A DNA stretch of 63,180 bases, filler included, from Chiloscyllium plagiosum (taxonomy: Eukaryota): NCBI RefSeq assembly GCF_004010195.1. It is 5 parts of one record of this genome, joined end to end, with 100 filler letters (N's around TTAATTAATTAA, not from the genome) between each part and the next. Parts side by side here need not be neighbours in the genome. Positions count along the whole stretch, not along the records: positions 1 to 21,421 come from NC_057712.1; positions 21,522 to 33,696 come from NC_057712.1; 3 more parts are not named here. One strand, written 5' to 3'. This document shows, one piece after another, positions 12,120-23,954 of the stretch; within the stretch, counting starts at the first letter, position 1, and each line of letters begins with the position of its first letter. Made by a program: the position numbers and the translations under genes. Under the pieces are notes generated by a model. The model searched no databases. It was given only the letters and a program-made list of their open reading frames with translations, and was not told the origin of the DNA.

Positions 12120-12866
12120 AAGGATGGTCAGGACAAGCCAGGAAACTATAGACCAGTGAGCCTGACGTCAGTGGTGGGCAAGTTGTTGGAAGGAATCCTG
12201 AAGGACAGGGTGTACAGGTTTGGAAAGGCAAGGACTGATTAGGGATAGTCAACATGATTTTGTGCGTAGGAAATCATGTCTCACAAACTTGTTTGAGTGT
12301 TTTGAAGAAATAACAAAGAAGATTGATGAATGCGGAGTGGTAGATGTGATTTATATGGGCTTCAGTAAGGCGTTCGACAAGGTTCCCCATGGGAGACTGA
12401 TTAGCAAGGTTAGATCTCACAGAATACAGGGAGAACTAGCCATTTGGATACAAAACTGGCTCAAAGGTAGAAGACAGAGGGTGGTGGTGGAGGGTTGTTT
12501 TATGACAGTGATGTGAGGACCTTTAAGGGGCAATTGTACTAAACAGGTACTTTCACGTTCAAGGCTGAATTCACCTGCACTCATCGCAATGTGCACGAGT
12601 AAAACATACTTTTTGGGAAAGCAAATCTTAGCAGGACTTATACACTTAATGGTAAGGTCCTAGGGAGTGTTGCTGAACAAAGAGACCTTGAAGTGCAGGT
12701 TCATAGCTCCTTGAAAGTGGAGTCGCAGGTAGATAGGATAGTGAAGAAGGCGTTTGGTATGCTTTCCTTTATTGGTCAGAGTATTGAGTACAGGAGTTGG
12801 GAGGTCATGTTACGGGTGTACAGGACATTGGTTAGGCCACTGTTGGAATATTACAATTCTGGTCTC
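12120..12866 (+). mobile_element. CR1 RT fragments
   Basis: [30 protein letters not shown]. Confidence 0.85.
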
Positions 12867-15800
12867 ATAGAACGTAGAACATTATAGTGCAGTACAGGCC
12901 CTTCGGCCCTCGATGTTGCGCCAACCTGTCATACCAATCTGAAGCCCATCTAACCTACACTATTTCATGTACGTCCATATGTTTGTCCAATGACGACTTA
13001 AATGTACTTAAACTTGGCGAATCTACTACCATTGCAAGCAAAGCATTCCATACCTTTACTATTCTGTGAGTAAAGAAGCTACCTCTGACATCTGTCCTAT
13101 ATCTATCACCCCTCAATTCAAAGCTATGCCCCCCCCGTGCTCACTGTCACCATACTTGGAAAAAGGCCCTCACTATCCACCCTATCTAACCCTCTGATTA
13201 TCTTATATGTCTCTATTAAGTCACCTCTCAACCTTCTTCTCTCTAACGAAAAAAGCCTCAAGTCCCTCAGCCTTTCCTCATAAGACCTTCCCTCCATACC
13301 AGGCAACATCCTAGTAAATCTCCTCTGCACCCTTTCCAAAGCTCCCACATCCTTCTTATAATGCGGTGACCAGAACTGTACACGATACTCCAAGTGCGGC
13401 CGTACCAGAGTTTTGTACAGCTGCAGCATAACCTCATGGCTCCAGAACTCGATCCCTCTATTAATAACAGAGAAAACACTGTATGCCTTCTTAACAACCC
13501 TGCCAACCTGGGTGGCAACTTTCAAGGATCTGTATACCTGGACACCGAGATCTCTCTGCTCATCTACACTACCAAGAATCTTACCATTAGCCCAGAACTT
13601 TGCATTCCGGTTACTCCGACCAAAGTGAATCACCTCACACTTGTCCGCATTAAACTCCATTTGCCACCTCTCAGCCCAGCTCTGCAGCTCATCTATGTCT
13701 CTCTGTAACCTACTGCATCCTTCGTCACTATCCACAACTCGACCGACCTTAGTGTCGTCTGCTAATTTACTAACCCACCCTTCTACCCCCTCATCCAGGT
13801 CGTTTATAAAAATGACGAACAGCAGTGGACCCAACACCGACCCTTGCGGTACACCAATGGTAACCGGACTCCAGGATGAACATTTCCCATAAACCACCAC
13901 CCTCTGTCTTCTTTCAGCAAGCCAATGACTGATCCAAACTGCTATATCTCCCACAATCCCATTTCTCTGCACTTTGTACAGTAGCCTACTGTGGGGAACC
14001 TTATCGAACGCCTTGCTGAAATCTATATACACCACATCAACCGGTTTACTCTCATCTACCTGTTTGGTCACCTTCTCAAAGAACTCATTAAGGTTTGTGA
14101 GGCACGAGCTACCCTCAAAAAACCATGCTGACTATCCCTAATCAAATTATTCTTTTCCAGATGATTATAAATCCTGTCTCTTATAACCTTTTCCAACACT
14201 TTACCAACAACTGAAGTAAGGCTCACTGGTCTATAATTACCAGGGTTGTCTCTACTCCCCTTCTTGAACAGGGGAACCACATTTGCTATCCTTCAGTCTT
14301 CTGGCACTATTCCTGTAGACAATGATGATTTAAAGATCAATGCCAAAGGCTCGGCAATCTCCTCCCTGGCTTCCCAAAGGATCCTAGGATAAATCCCATC
14401 CTGGCTCTTCTGAGCTCTCTCTTTAGGTCTTTCCTGGCTACCTTGTAACCCTCAAGTGCCCTAACTGAGCCTTCACATCTCATCCTAACATAAGCCTTCT
14501 TCTTCCTCTTGATCAGAGATTCCACTTCCTTCATAAACCACAGCTCCCGTACTCTACAGCTTCCTCCCTGCCTGACAGGTTCATACTTATTGAGGACACA
14601 CAGGAGCTTTTCCTTGAATAAGCTCCACATTTCTAAGGTGCCCATCCCCTGCAGTTTCCTTCCCCATCCTATGCTTCCTAAATCTTGCCTAATCGCATCG
14701 TAATTGCCTTTCCCCCAGCTGTAACTCTTGCCCTGTGGTATACACCTATCTCTTTCCATCACTAAAGTAAACATAACAGAATTGTGATCGCTATCACCAA
14801 ACTGCTCACCTACTTCAAAGTCAAACATCTGACCGGGCTCATTACCCCGTACCAAATCCAATGTGGCTTCACCCCTTGTTGGCCTGTCTACATATTGTGT
14901 CAGGAAGCCCTCCTGGACACACTGGACAAAAACTGACCCATCTATAGTACTCGTACTATAGTGTTCCCAGTCAATATTTGGAAAGTTGAAGTCCCCCATG
15001 ACAACTACCCTGTCTCTCTCATATCTATCGAGAATCATCTTTGCTATCCTTTCCCCTACATCTCTGGAACGATTTGGAGGCCTATAGAAAACTCCCAACA
15101 GGATGACCTCTCCTTTCCTGTTTCTAACCTCAGCCCTTACTACCTCAGTACAGGAGTCCTCAAACGTCCTTTCTGTAACCGTAATACTGTCCTTGACTAA
15201 CAGTACCACATCTTCCCCTCTTTTACCATCTTCTCTGTTCTTACTGGAACATCTAAACCCTGGAACCTGCAATAACCATTCGTGTCCCTGCTCTACCCAT
15301 GTCTCTGAAATAGCTACAACATCAAAATCCCAACCAATGCTGCAAGTTACCCACCTTATTCCGGATGCTCCTGGCGTTGAAGTAGACACAGTTCAAACCA
15401 ACTTCTTGCTTGCCGGTGCCATCTTGCGTCCCTGAAACTTGATTTCGGACCTCCCTACTCTCAACATTTTCTATACTCGAACTACAATTTTGGTTCCCAT
15501 CCCCCAGCTGGATTAGTTTAAACCCACCCCAATAGCCTTAGCGAATTTCCCACTCTGGGTATTGGTACCCTCTGGTTCAGATGAAGACCATCCTGCTAGT
15601 AGAGGTCCCACCTACCCCAGAAAGAGCCCTAATTATCCAAGAATCCAAAACCCTCCCTCCTGCACCATCCCTGTAGCCACGTGTTCAACTCCTCTCTCTC
15701 CCTATTCCTCGCCTCACTAGCACGTGGCACGAGCAACAAACCAGAGACAACAACTCTGTTTGTCCTAGTTCTAATCTTCCACCCTCACTCCCTGAATTTC

Positions 15801-16185
15801 TGCCTTAAATCCCCTCTCTTCCTACCTATGGTGTTGGTGCCAATGTGGACCACGATGGGGCTGCTCCCCCTCCCCCTTAAGGATCCCAAAAACACGATCA
15901 GAGACATCACGAACCCTGGCACCTGGGAGGCAACACACCAACCGTGAGTCTCTCTCTCTCGTCCCTACAGAACCTCCTATCTGTCCCCCTAACTATGGAG
16001 TCCCCAATGACTACTGCTCTGCTCCTCTTCCCCCTTCCCTTCTGAGCAGCAGGGACAGACTCTGTGCCAGAGCCCTGCACCCCACTGCTCACCCCTGGTA
16101 AGTCGTTTCCACCCCCCAACAGTATCCAAAACGGTATACTTATGGTTGAGGAGAATGGCCACAGGGGATCCCTGCACTGCCTGCC
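12867..16185 (-). mobile_element. CR1 LINE, long copy (ORF1 esterase part + ORF2 + 3' tail), internally deleted, runs into gap
   Basis: ORFs 15907-16119 (VIGDSIVRG), 14337-15389 (APE) and 13124-14071 (RT); tail at 12867. Confidence 0.95.
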
Positions 16186-16578
16186 NNNNNNNNNNNNNNN
16201 NNNNNNNNNNNNNNNNNNNNNNNNNNNNNNNNNNNNNNNNNNNNNNNNNNNNNNNNNNNNNNNNNNNNNNNNNNNNNNNNNNNNNNNNNNNNNNNNNNNN
16301 NNNNNNNNNNNNNNNNNNNNNNNNNNNNNNNNNNNNNNNNNNNNNNNNNNNNNNNNNNNNNNNNNNNNNNNNNNNNNNNNNNNNNNNNNNNNNNNNNNNN
16401 NNNNNNNNNNNNNNNNNNNNNNNNNNNNNNNNNNNNNNNNNNNNNNNNNNNNNNNNNNNNNNNNNNNNNNNNNNNNNNNNNNNNNNNNNNNNNNNNNNNN
16501 NNNNNNNNNNNNNNNNNNNNNNNNNNNNNNNNNNNNNNNNNNNNNNNNNNNNNNNNNNNNNNNNNNNNNNNNNNNNNN
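16186..16578. other. Assembly gap (N run)
   Basis: N run. Confidence 1.
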
Positions 16579-16808
16579 TTTTCACACAGAGGGTGGTATG
16601 TGTATGGAATGAGATGCCAGAGGAAGTGGTGGAGGCTGGTACAATTGCAACATTTAAGAGGCATTTGGATGGGTATATGAACAGGAAGGATTTGGAGGGA
16701 TATGGGCCAGATGTTGGCAGGTGGGACTAGATTGGGTTGGGATATCTGGTCAACATAGACGGGTTGGAAGGAAGGGTCTATTTCCATGCTGTACATCTCT
16801 ATGACTCA
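16579..16808 (+). mobile_element. CR1 (HER1-like) 3' end
   Basis: FTQRVV...WNE frame; tail tacatctctatgactc. Confidence 0.85.
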
Positions 16809-17083
16809 TAGGGATCTACAGCATGGAGAAATGTCCTTGGCCCACCGAGTCCATGCTGGGCAAAAACAATCGCCTCACTATTTTAATCCCATTTCCTGGC
16901 ACTTGACGCAGAGCCAGAGATGTACAAATGCACATGTAAATACTACTTCAGTGTGATGAGGGTTTCTGCATTTCTCATTCTCAAAGGCAGAGAGTTCTAG
17001 ATTCCTACCACCCTGTGGACAAAAAAGTTACTCATATCTCCCTGGTCATTCATCCCTCTATCAAGGAGACTATTTTTGTAGTC

Positions 17084-17183
17084 AAGACTGTGGTGCTGGA
17101 AAAGCGCAGCCAGTCAGGCAGCGTCCGAGGAGCAGGAGAATCAATGTTTCTGGCATAAGGCCTTCATCAGGTTCTTCATCAGG
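17084..17183 (-). mobile_element. PLE mini-element (family 1), degenerate ribozyme
   Basis: gtgctggaaaagcgcagc...cttcatcagg; imperfect TSD gactattt. Confidence 0.75.
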
Positions 17184-17705
17184 ACTATTTCTGTCGTCAT
17201 GGTAATGTCTTTTAAAGAAGTACCATGGGTGATAACTGGCAGATGGTGGTTACAAGAGAAGGCCAGAGGCCAGGAATACTACTGGGACTGGCTCACCTCC
17301 TGAATCCCCAAAGCTTGTCAATTATCTACAAGGTACAAATGGGGAGTATTCCATCACACTCCTGATTTGTGTCTTGTAGATGGTACACAGGTTTTGGAGA
17401 GTCAGGAGTTGAGTTACTTGCAGCAGTAATCCACGCCTCTTACCTGTTTTTGTGACCACTATTTATTTGGCTAATGCAATTCAGCTTGAGATCAGTGGTT
17501 TGCTTAAAAAACAACAGTTTTAAGAATAAAACTGTATGTGCAATATTGAGTGCTTGTATTTCAGTGAGAATCTATCCCATTAAAACAAAACAAAATCAAT
17601 GAGGTTAGATTTCAGTCTGGGGTCTGCCTTGTCCATTGAAAATGTTAGCAGAGATCATGTCCTTTGGTCATGACAATTACTTTAATTGGTACTTCACCTC
17701 CTTAA

Positions 17706-17895
17706 TTCAATCCCTCCAGCACTGACGCTCAATAGCAGCAATGTGAACCATCAACAAGATGGTACAGCAGAAATTCACCAAGGCACCTTGGACAGCACTT
17801 TCAATCCATCCAGCACTGACGCTCAATAGCAGCAATGTGAACCATCAACAAGATGGTACAGCAGAAATTCACCAAGGCACCTTGGACAGCACTTT
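17706..17895. repeat. Tandem duplication, 94-bp unit x2
   Basis: tccagcactgacgctcaatagcagc...gacagcacttt repeated with period 94. Confidence 0.9.
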
Positions 17896-18241
17896 CCAAT
17901 CTGACAGCTATGACCATCTCAAAGAAATATCTTATTCACATATTTCCAAGTCAGAATGGTGAGTGGTTGCTCTCTAAGCCTGCCTGAATGCCAAAGGGTA
18001 GTTTGAGCGTGGAAGATCTGCATGTTCTACTCCAAGTCACAGATAATTCAAATATGAAGACTCATTGCCATATCTTCAGCAAACCTAACGTGATAAATGG
18101 AAATGTCCAGCCTAAAGTAATGGGTTGGAATTTCTTCACTACTGGACTGCAACTGTTCAACTTGAAAGCCAAATATTGCGTCCCGCAGCAATGAAAGAAG
18201 GGCAATTAAATCTGCCTTTCTCATCATTGCCCAAGTCCTGG

Positions 18242-18444
18242 AAAGAGTGTAGTGCTGGAAAACGCACAGCAGGCCAGGCAGTGTCTGAGGAGCGAGAGAG
18301 TCACTGTTTCAGGCATTAGCCCTTCTTCAGGACCTGATAAAGGGTTAGGCCCAAAACATCGACTCTCTTGCTGCTCGGATGCTGTCCTTTTCCAGCACCA
18401 TACTTTATTGACTGTGACTCCAGTATCTGCAGTCCTCACTATCT
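18242..18444. mobile_element. Palindromic PLE mini-element (family 1, older)
   Basis: Inverted arms; TSD ccaagtcctgg on both sides. Confidence 0.8.
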
Positions 18445-18528
18445 CCAAGTCCTGGCACAAAAAGGTAGGACTTCATCTGAAGCTGTTTTTTTGCCCATCT
18501 TAGAGCCAATTTTATTGTTGTTTTCTAG

Positions 18529-18590
18529 ATCATCAGATGCAGGTTTGCTTAAAGATCGATTACCATGCAATGGGAAAGTTGCCATATCTG
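18529..18590 (+). CDS. RTKN: Rhotekin next exon
   Basis: ttttctag acceptor and gtaaga donor; 62 bp; phase 2 matches the previous exon (CG+A = Arg); encodes SSDAGLLKDRLPCNGKVAIS, resembling the recalled rhotekin PSDSG..ERSPCRGRVCIS. Confidence 0.85.
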
Positions 18591-18799
18591 GTAAGAAAAG
18601 CTTACAAGAATCTTTAATCTCCTGGGATAAATCCTAGTTATTACAGAAATAGACAAGAGAAAAGTCTGCACATTCATTGTTGGAAGTCTGTTTCAAATAT
18701 TATTCCTTTGTACTGCTGTAACTTCTTTTTTGGATGTGTTTTTGAACCTTTAAAATATCTCAGTGTTGAATCTATTTTAGCTTCATGTTTTAGTTCCAA

Positions 18800-19195
18800 C
18801 ATGGACCCCTGTGAAACTCCACTAGTCACCAGCTGCAGTCTCCAATCTCTGTCTGTCAGTCAGCCAATCCTCTGCTGATGCTAATACCTTGCCTCTAACA
18901 CCATGGACTCTAATCTTATTTAGCAGTCTCCTGCGCAGCACCTTGTTAAAGGCCTTCTGGAAATCCAAATACATCACCGTTTTGTCTAACTTGCTTGTGA
19001 CCCCCTTAAAGAATTTGAACAGAATTGTCAGGCATGACCTCCCTTGACAAAGTTGTGTTAACTCAGCCCTATTTGACCGTGCACTCGCAGAACTCCACAA
19101 TCTCATCTTTAATAAGGGACTTCAAAATCTTACCAATGACCAAGATCAGGTTGACAGCCTATAATTTCCAGTCTTCTGTCTCCCTCACTTCTTAT
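18800..19195 (-). mobile_element. CR1 RT fragment
   Basis: YLDFQKAFNKV in ORF 18822-19106. Confidence 0.8.
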
Positions 19196-19479
19196 ACTAT
19201 GATGGGTTGAAGGATTATGTGGAGTGGGCAGGAAGATGGAGTTGAGGCCCAGATGAGATCAGCCATGATCGTACTGAATGGTGCAGCAGGCTCGAGGGGC
19301 TGAATGGCCTGCTTCTATTTTTCTGTGTTTCCATCTGTCTTTCAAAATTTTATAGATTAGACACTGTTTAAGAAATGAGCAAGGGAGAAAACAGGGAAGT
19401 ACAGACATATTATCGTTATAGCTGTGATAGGGAAAATGCAAGAGTCAATAATAAAGGACGGGATAAATAGACATTGTCG

Positions 19480-20370
19480 ACTGGGCGTAATCGTCAAGCA
19501 GGGATGCACCCTCAGTCCCCAACTGTACTCCCTGTACTTTCAGAACCGTGTGTGGCCACATTCCATCCAAATGCCATCCACAGGTTTGCTGATGACACCA
19601 CTGTGGTAGGCTGGATATCAAACAAGAACGAGTTAGAATTCAGGAAGGAGATTGAGAACTTAGTGATGTGATGTAAAGGTAACAATCTCTCCCTCAGTGT
19701 CAGAAAAACCAAAGAATAGATCATCAACTTCAGGAAGAATGGAAAACATGCCCCAAACTACATCAATGAAGCAGAAATTGAGAGGGTGGAGAGTGTCAAG
19801 TTCCGAGGAGTGACAGTAACGACAATGTGTCCTGAACTTCGCAGGTAAATGCGACAGTCAGGAAGGTACAACAATCATCTTCTTCCTCAGGTGGCTAAGG
19901 AAATTCAGCATGTCCATAAGGACCCTCATCAACTTTTACAGATGCACCATAGAAAGCATTCTATCTGGATCCATCATGGCTTGGTACGGTAACTGCTCTC
20001 CCCAGGACAGTAAAAAACTACAGAAAGTTGTAAGCACAGCCCAGTCCATCACACAAACCAGCCTCCCATCCATTAACTCCACCTCCACTTCTCATTGTTG
20101 TGAAAAGGCAGCTAACATCATCAAAGAGGAGAGTGCAGTGCTGGGAAAGCACAACAGGTCAGGCAGCATCCGAGGAGCAGGAGAATTGACATTTCGGGCA
20201 TAAACCCTTCATCAGCCTCAGTCCTGGTTAAGGCTTATGCTCGAAACGTCGATTCTCCTGCTCCTCAGATGCTGCCTGGCCGGCTGTGCTTTTCCAGCAA
20301 CACACTCACTACTCTGATCTCCAGCATTTGCAGTCCTCACTTTCTCCGAATACCATCAAAGACTCCTCCA
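19480..20370 (+). mobile_element. Rex1/Babar-type LINE RT fragment
   Basis: QGCTLSPQLYSLY, FADDTTVVG, NFYRCTIESILSGSIMAWYGNCS. Confidence 0.8.
20128..20347. mobile_element. Palindromic PLE mini-element (family 1)
   Basis: Inverted arms; imperfect TSD ending catcaaaga. Confidence 0.8.
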
Positions 20371-20684
20371 TCTTAGAGTCACAGAGATGTACAGCACGGA
20401 AACAGACCCTTCGGTCCAACCTGTCCATGCCGACCAGATATCCCAACCCAATCTATTCCCACCTGCAGCACCCGGCCCATATCCCTCCAAACCCTTCCTA
20501 TTCATATACCCATTCAAATGCCTCTTAAATGTCGCAATTGTACCAGCCTCCACCACTTCCCCTGGCAGCTTATTCTATACATGTACCATCCTTTGCATGA
20601 AAAAGTTGCCCCTTAGGTCTCTTTTATATCTTTCCCCTCTCACCCTAAACCTATGCCCTCTTGTTCTGGACTCCCCGATCCCAG

Positions 20685-20812
20685 AATTCCTGAAGAAGGG
20701 CTTATGCCCGAAACGTCGATTCTCCTGCTCCTTGGATGCTGCCTGGCCTGCTGTGTTTTTCCAGCAACACATTTTTCAGCTCTGATCTCCAGCATCTGCA
20801 GTCCTCACTTTC
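20685..20812 (+). mobile_element. Single-arm PLE mini-element (family 1)
   Basis: Complete unit from attcctgaagaaggg to ctcactttctcc; TSD ctccccgaYcccag. Confidence 0.85.
20690..20717 (+). ncRNA. Minimal type I hammerhead ribozyme core
   Basis: CTGAAGA-A-GGGC-TTAT-GCCC-GAAA-CGTC. Confidence 0.7.
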
Positions 20813-21421
20813 TCCCCGACCCCAGGGAAAAGACTTTGTATACTTATCCCTTCCATGCCCCTCATAATTTTGTAAACCTCTATAAGGTCACCCCTCAGTC
20901 TCCGACGCTCCAGGGAAAACAGCCCCAGCCTGTTCAGCCTCTCCCTGTAGCTCGGGTCCTCCAACCCTGGCAATATCCTTGTGAATCTTTTCTGAACCCT
21001 TTCAAGTTTCACAACATCTTTCCGATAGGAAGGAGACCAGAATTGCACGCAATATTCCAACAGTGGCCTAACCAACGTCCTGTACAGCTGCAACATGACC
21101 TCCCAACTCCTGTACTCAATACTCTGAAAAGCATACCAAACGCCTTCTTCACTATCCTATCTACCTGCGACTCCACTTTCAAGGAGCTATGAACCTACAC
21201 TCCAAGGTCTCTTTGTTCAGCAACACTCCCTAGGACCTTACCATTAAGTGTATAAGTCCTGCTAAGATTTGCTTTCCCAAAATGCAGCACCTCGCATTTA
21301 TCTGAATTAAACTCCATCCGCCACTTTTCAGCCCATTGGCCCATCTGGTCCAGATCCTGTTGTAATCTGAGGTAACCCTCTTCGCTGTCCACTACACCTC
21401 CAATTTTGGTGTCATCTGCAA

Positions 21422-21521
21422 NNNNNNNNNNNNNNNNNNNNNNNNNNNNNNNNNNNNNNNNNNNNTTAATTAATTAANNNNNNNNNNNNNNNNNNNNNNN
21501 NNNNNNNNNNNNNNNNNNNNN
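21422..21521. other. Artificial contig linker N44-TTAATTAATTAA-N44
   Basis: Exactly 100 bp; identical design at four sites. Confidence 0.95.
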
Positions 21522-22619
21522 ACCATCCAGCATTCCCTTTCACCCTGACAGGAATATACTTTCTCTGGGCTCTCGTTATCTCATTTCTGAAGGCTTCTCA
21601 TTTTCCAGCTGTCCCTTTACCTGCGAACATCTGCCCCTAATCAGCTTTCGAAGGTTGTTGCCTAATACCGTCAAAATTGGCCTTTCTCCAATTTAGAACT
21701 TCAACTTTTAGATCTGGTCTATCCTTTTCCATCACTATTTTAAAACGAATAGAATTATGGTCACTGGCCCCAAAGTGCTCCCCCACTGACACCTCAGTCA
21801 CCTGCCCTGCCTTATTTCCCAAGAGGTTGTCACGTTTTGCACCTTCCCTAATAAGAAAATTGTCTTGTACACATTTAAGAAATTCCTCTCCATCTAAACC
21901 TTTAACACTATGGCAGTCCCAGTCGATGTTTGGAAAGTTAAAATCCCCTACCATAACCACCCTATTATTCTTACAGACAGCTGAGATCTCCTTACAAGTT
22001 TGTTTCTCAATTTCCCTCTAACTATTGGGGGGGTCTATAATACAATCCCAATAAGGTGATCATCCCTTTCTTATTTCTCAGTTCCACTCAAATAACTTCC
22101 CTGGATGTATTTCCAGGAATATCCTTCCTCAGCACAGCTGTAATGCTATCCCTTACGAAAAATGCCACTCCCCCTCCTCTCTTGCCTCCCTTTCTATCCT
22201 TCCTGTAGCATTTGTATCCAGGAACATTAAGCTTCCAGTCCTGCCCATCCCTGAGCCATGTTTCCGTAATTGCTATGATATCCCAGTCCCATGTTCCTAA
22301 CCATGACCTGAGTTCATCTGCCTTCCCTGTTAGGCCCCTTGCATTGAAATAAATGCAGTTTAATTTATTAGTCCTACCTTGTCCCTGCCTGCCCTGACTG
22401 TTTGACTCAACTGTACCAGTCTCCGATCAATCTCTTTCCTCACTATCTCCCTGGGTCCCACCCCACCACCTTACTGGTTTAAATCCTCCCAAGTAGTTCT
22501 AGCAAATTTCCCTGCCAGTATATTAGTCCCCTTCCAATTTAGGTGCAATCCGTCTGTCCTTGCACAGGTCACTTCTACCCCAGAAGAGATTCCAATGATC
22601 CAAACCTCTTCCATTGGGC

Positions 22620-23954
22620 AACGGCGGGAGCATTGAGAGTGTGGACCAGGGGGCTGCTAGGAAGGTAAATTTCCCTCTTAAAGACTTACTTGGTGAATAG
22701 GTGGGGTGAAGGCTGAACACGGGGTTTGCCGAGCATGTGAGCTGATATATTCAGGCTGTAGCTAAACCCGAGACACTACACATGTAGTGTCTCCCACCCG
22801 TCCTCCTCCTCTAACCAAACAAAAAAGACAGTGTGCGGAGGTTTGGTAAGGTAAGTTTATTTTATATTTATTTATTCAATGTCTCTTGGTAATTTAGAGC
22901 AGAGGAGATGGAGGTGAGGGTAGTTGCATGCTCCCCCTGCAGGATGTGGGAAGTAAGGGTCGCAATGGGGTCCCTGCTGACTTTGCCTGCGGGAAGTGCA
23001 CTCAACTCCAGCTCCTCACAGACCGCGTTAGGGAACTGGAGCTAGAGCTGGATGAACTTCGAATCGTTCAGGAAGCTGATGGGGTGATAGAGAGCAGTTA
23101 TAGGGAGGTAGTCATGCACCTCAGGTACCGGATGAAGGTAGCTGGGGGACCATCAGGAGAGGGAGAGGGAAAGGGAACAGGCAGGCAGTGCAGGGATCCC
23201 TTGTGACTGTTCCCCTCAATAATAGGTATACCATTTTGCATACTGTTGAGGGGGGGGGGGGTGGGGAATGGCCTACCAGGGGAAAGCCAGAATGGCCAGG
23301 TCCCTGGGACTGAGCCTGGCTCTGTGGCTCAGAAGGGAGGGAGGAGAATAGGAGAGTGACAGTGAGAGGAAATTCAATAGTGAGAGGAACAGACAGGAGA
23401 TTCTGTGGGCATAAGCGAGACTCCCGGACGGTATGTAGTATTGGAGTATTGTGGACAGTTCTGGTCGCGCATTATAGGGAGGATATGGAAGCATTGGAAA
23501 GGGTGCAGAAGAGATTTACTAGGATGTTGCCTGGTATAGACGGTAGATCTTATGAGGAAAGGCTGAGGGACTTAAGACTGTTTTCGTTAGAGAGAAGATG
23601 ATTAAGAGGCAACTTAACAGGTGTACAAGATGATCAGAGGGTTAGATAGGGTGGACGGTGAGATGGAAATGTGTTGCTGGAAAAGCGCAGAAGGTCAGGC
23701 AGCATCTAGGGAACAGGAGAATCGACGTTTCGGGCATTAGCCCTTCTTCAGGAATGGACGGTGAGAGCCTTTTTCCTCAGATGGTGATGGCTAGCACGAG
23801 GGGTCATAGCTTTAAATTGAGGGGTGATAGATATAGGACAGATATCGGAGACAGCTTCTTTATTCACAGAGTAGCAATGGCATGGAATGCCCTGTCTGCA
23901 GCAATAGTGAACTTGTCAACTTTAAGGCCATTTAAATGGTCACTGGATAAACAT
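22620..23954 (+). mobile_element. Internally deleted CR1: 5' UTR + ORF1 joined to ORF2 3' end
   Basis: CGKCTQLQLLTDRVRELELELDELR and GNSIVRGTDRRFCG, then directly LERVQKRFTRMLPG. Confidence 0.85.
23664..23754 (-). mobile_element. Single-arm PLE mini-element with intact hammerhead core (23724-23751)
   Basis: Reverse complement CTGAAGAAGGGCTAATGCCCGAAACGTC; TSD tggacggtgaga. Confidence 0.85.

Larger units (their letters stand above)
20371..22600 (-). mobile_element. CR1 (HER1-like) LINE pieces on both sides of a linker
   Basis: 3' tail at 20371, RT C-terminus up to 21421, APE (GDFNFPNIDW) at 21522-22400. Confidence 0.9.

Noticed and set aside
21466..21477. TTAATTAATTAA as a biological motif
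   Set aside because: Always centred in a 100-bp N block, so synthetic
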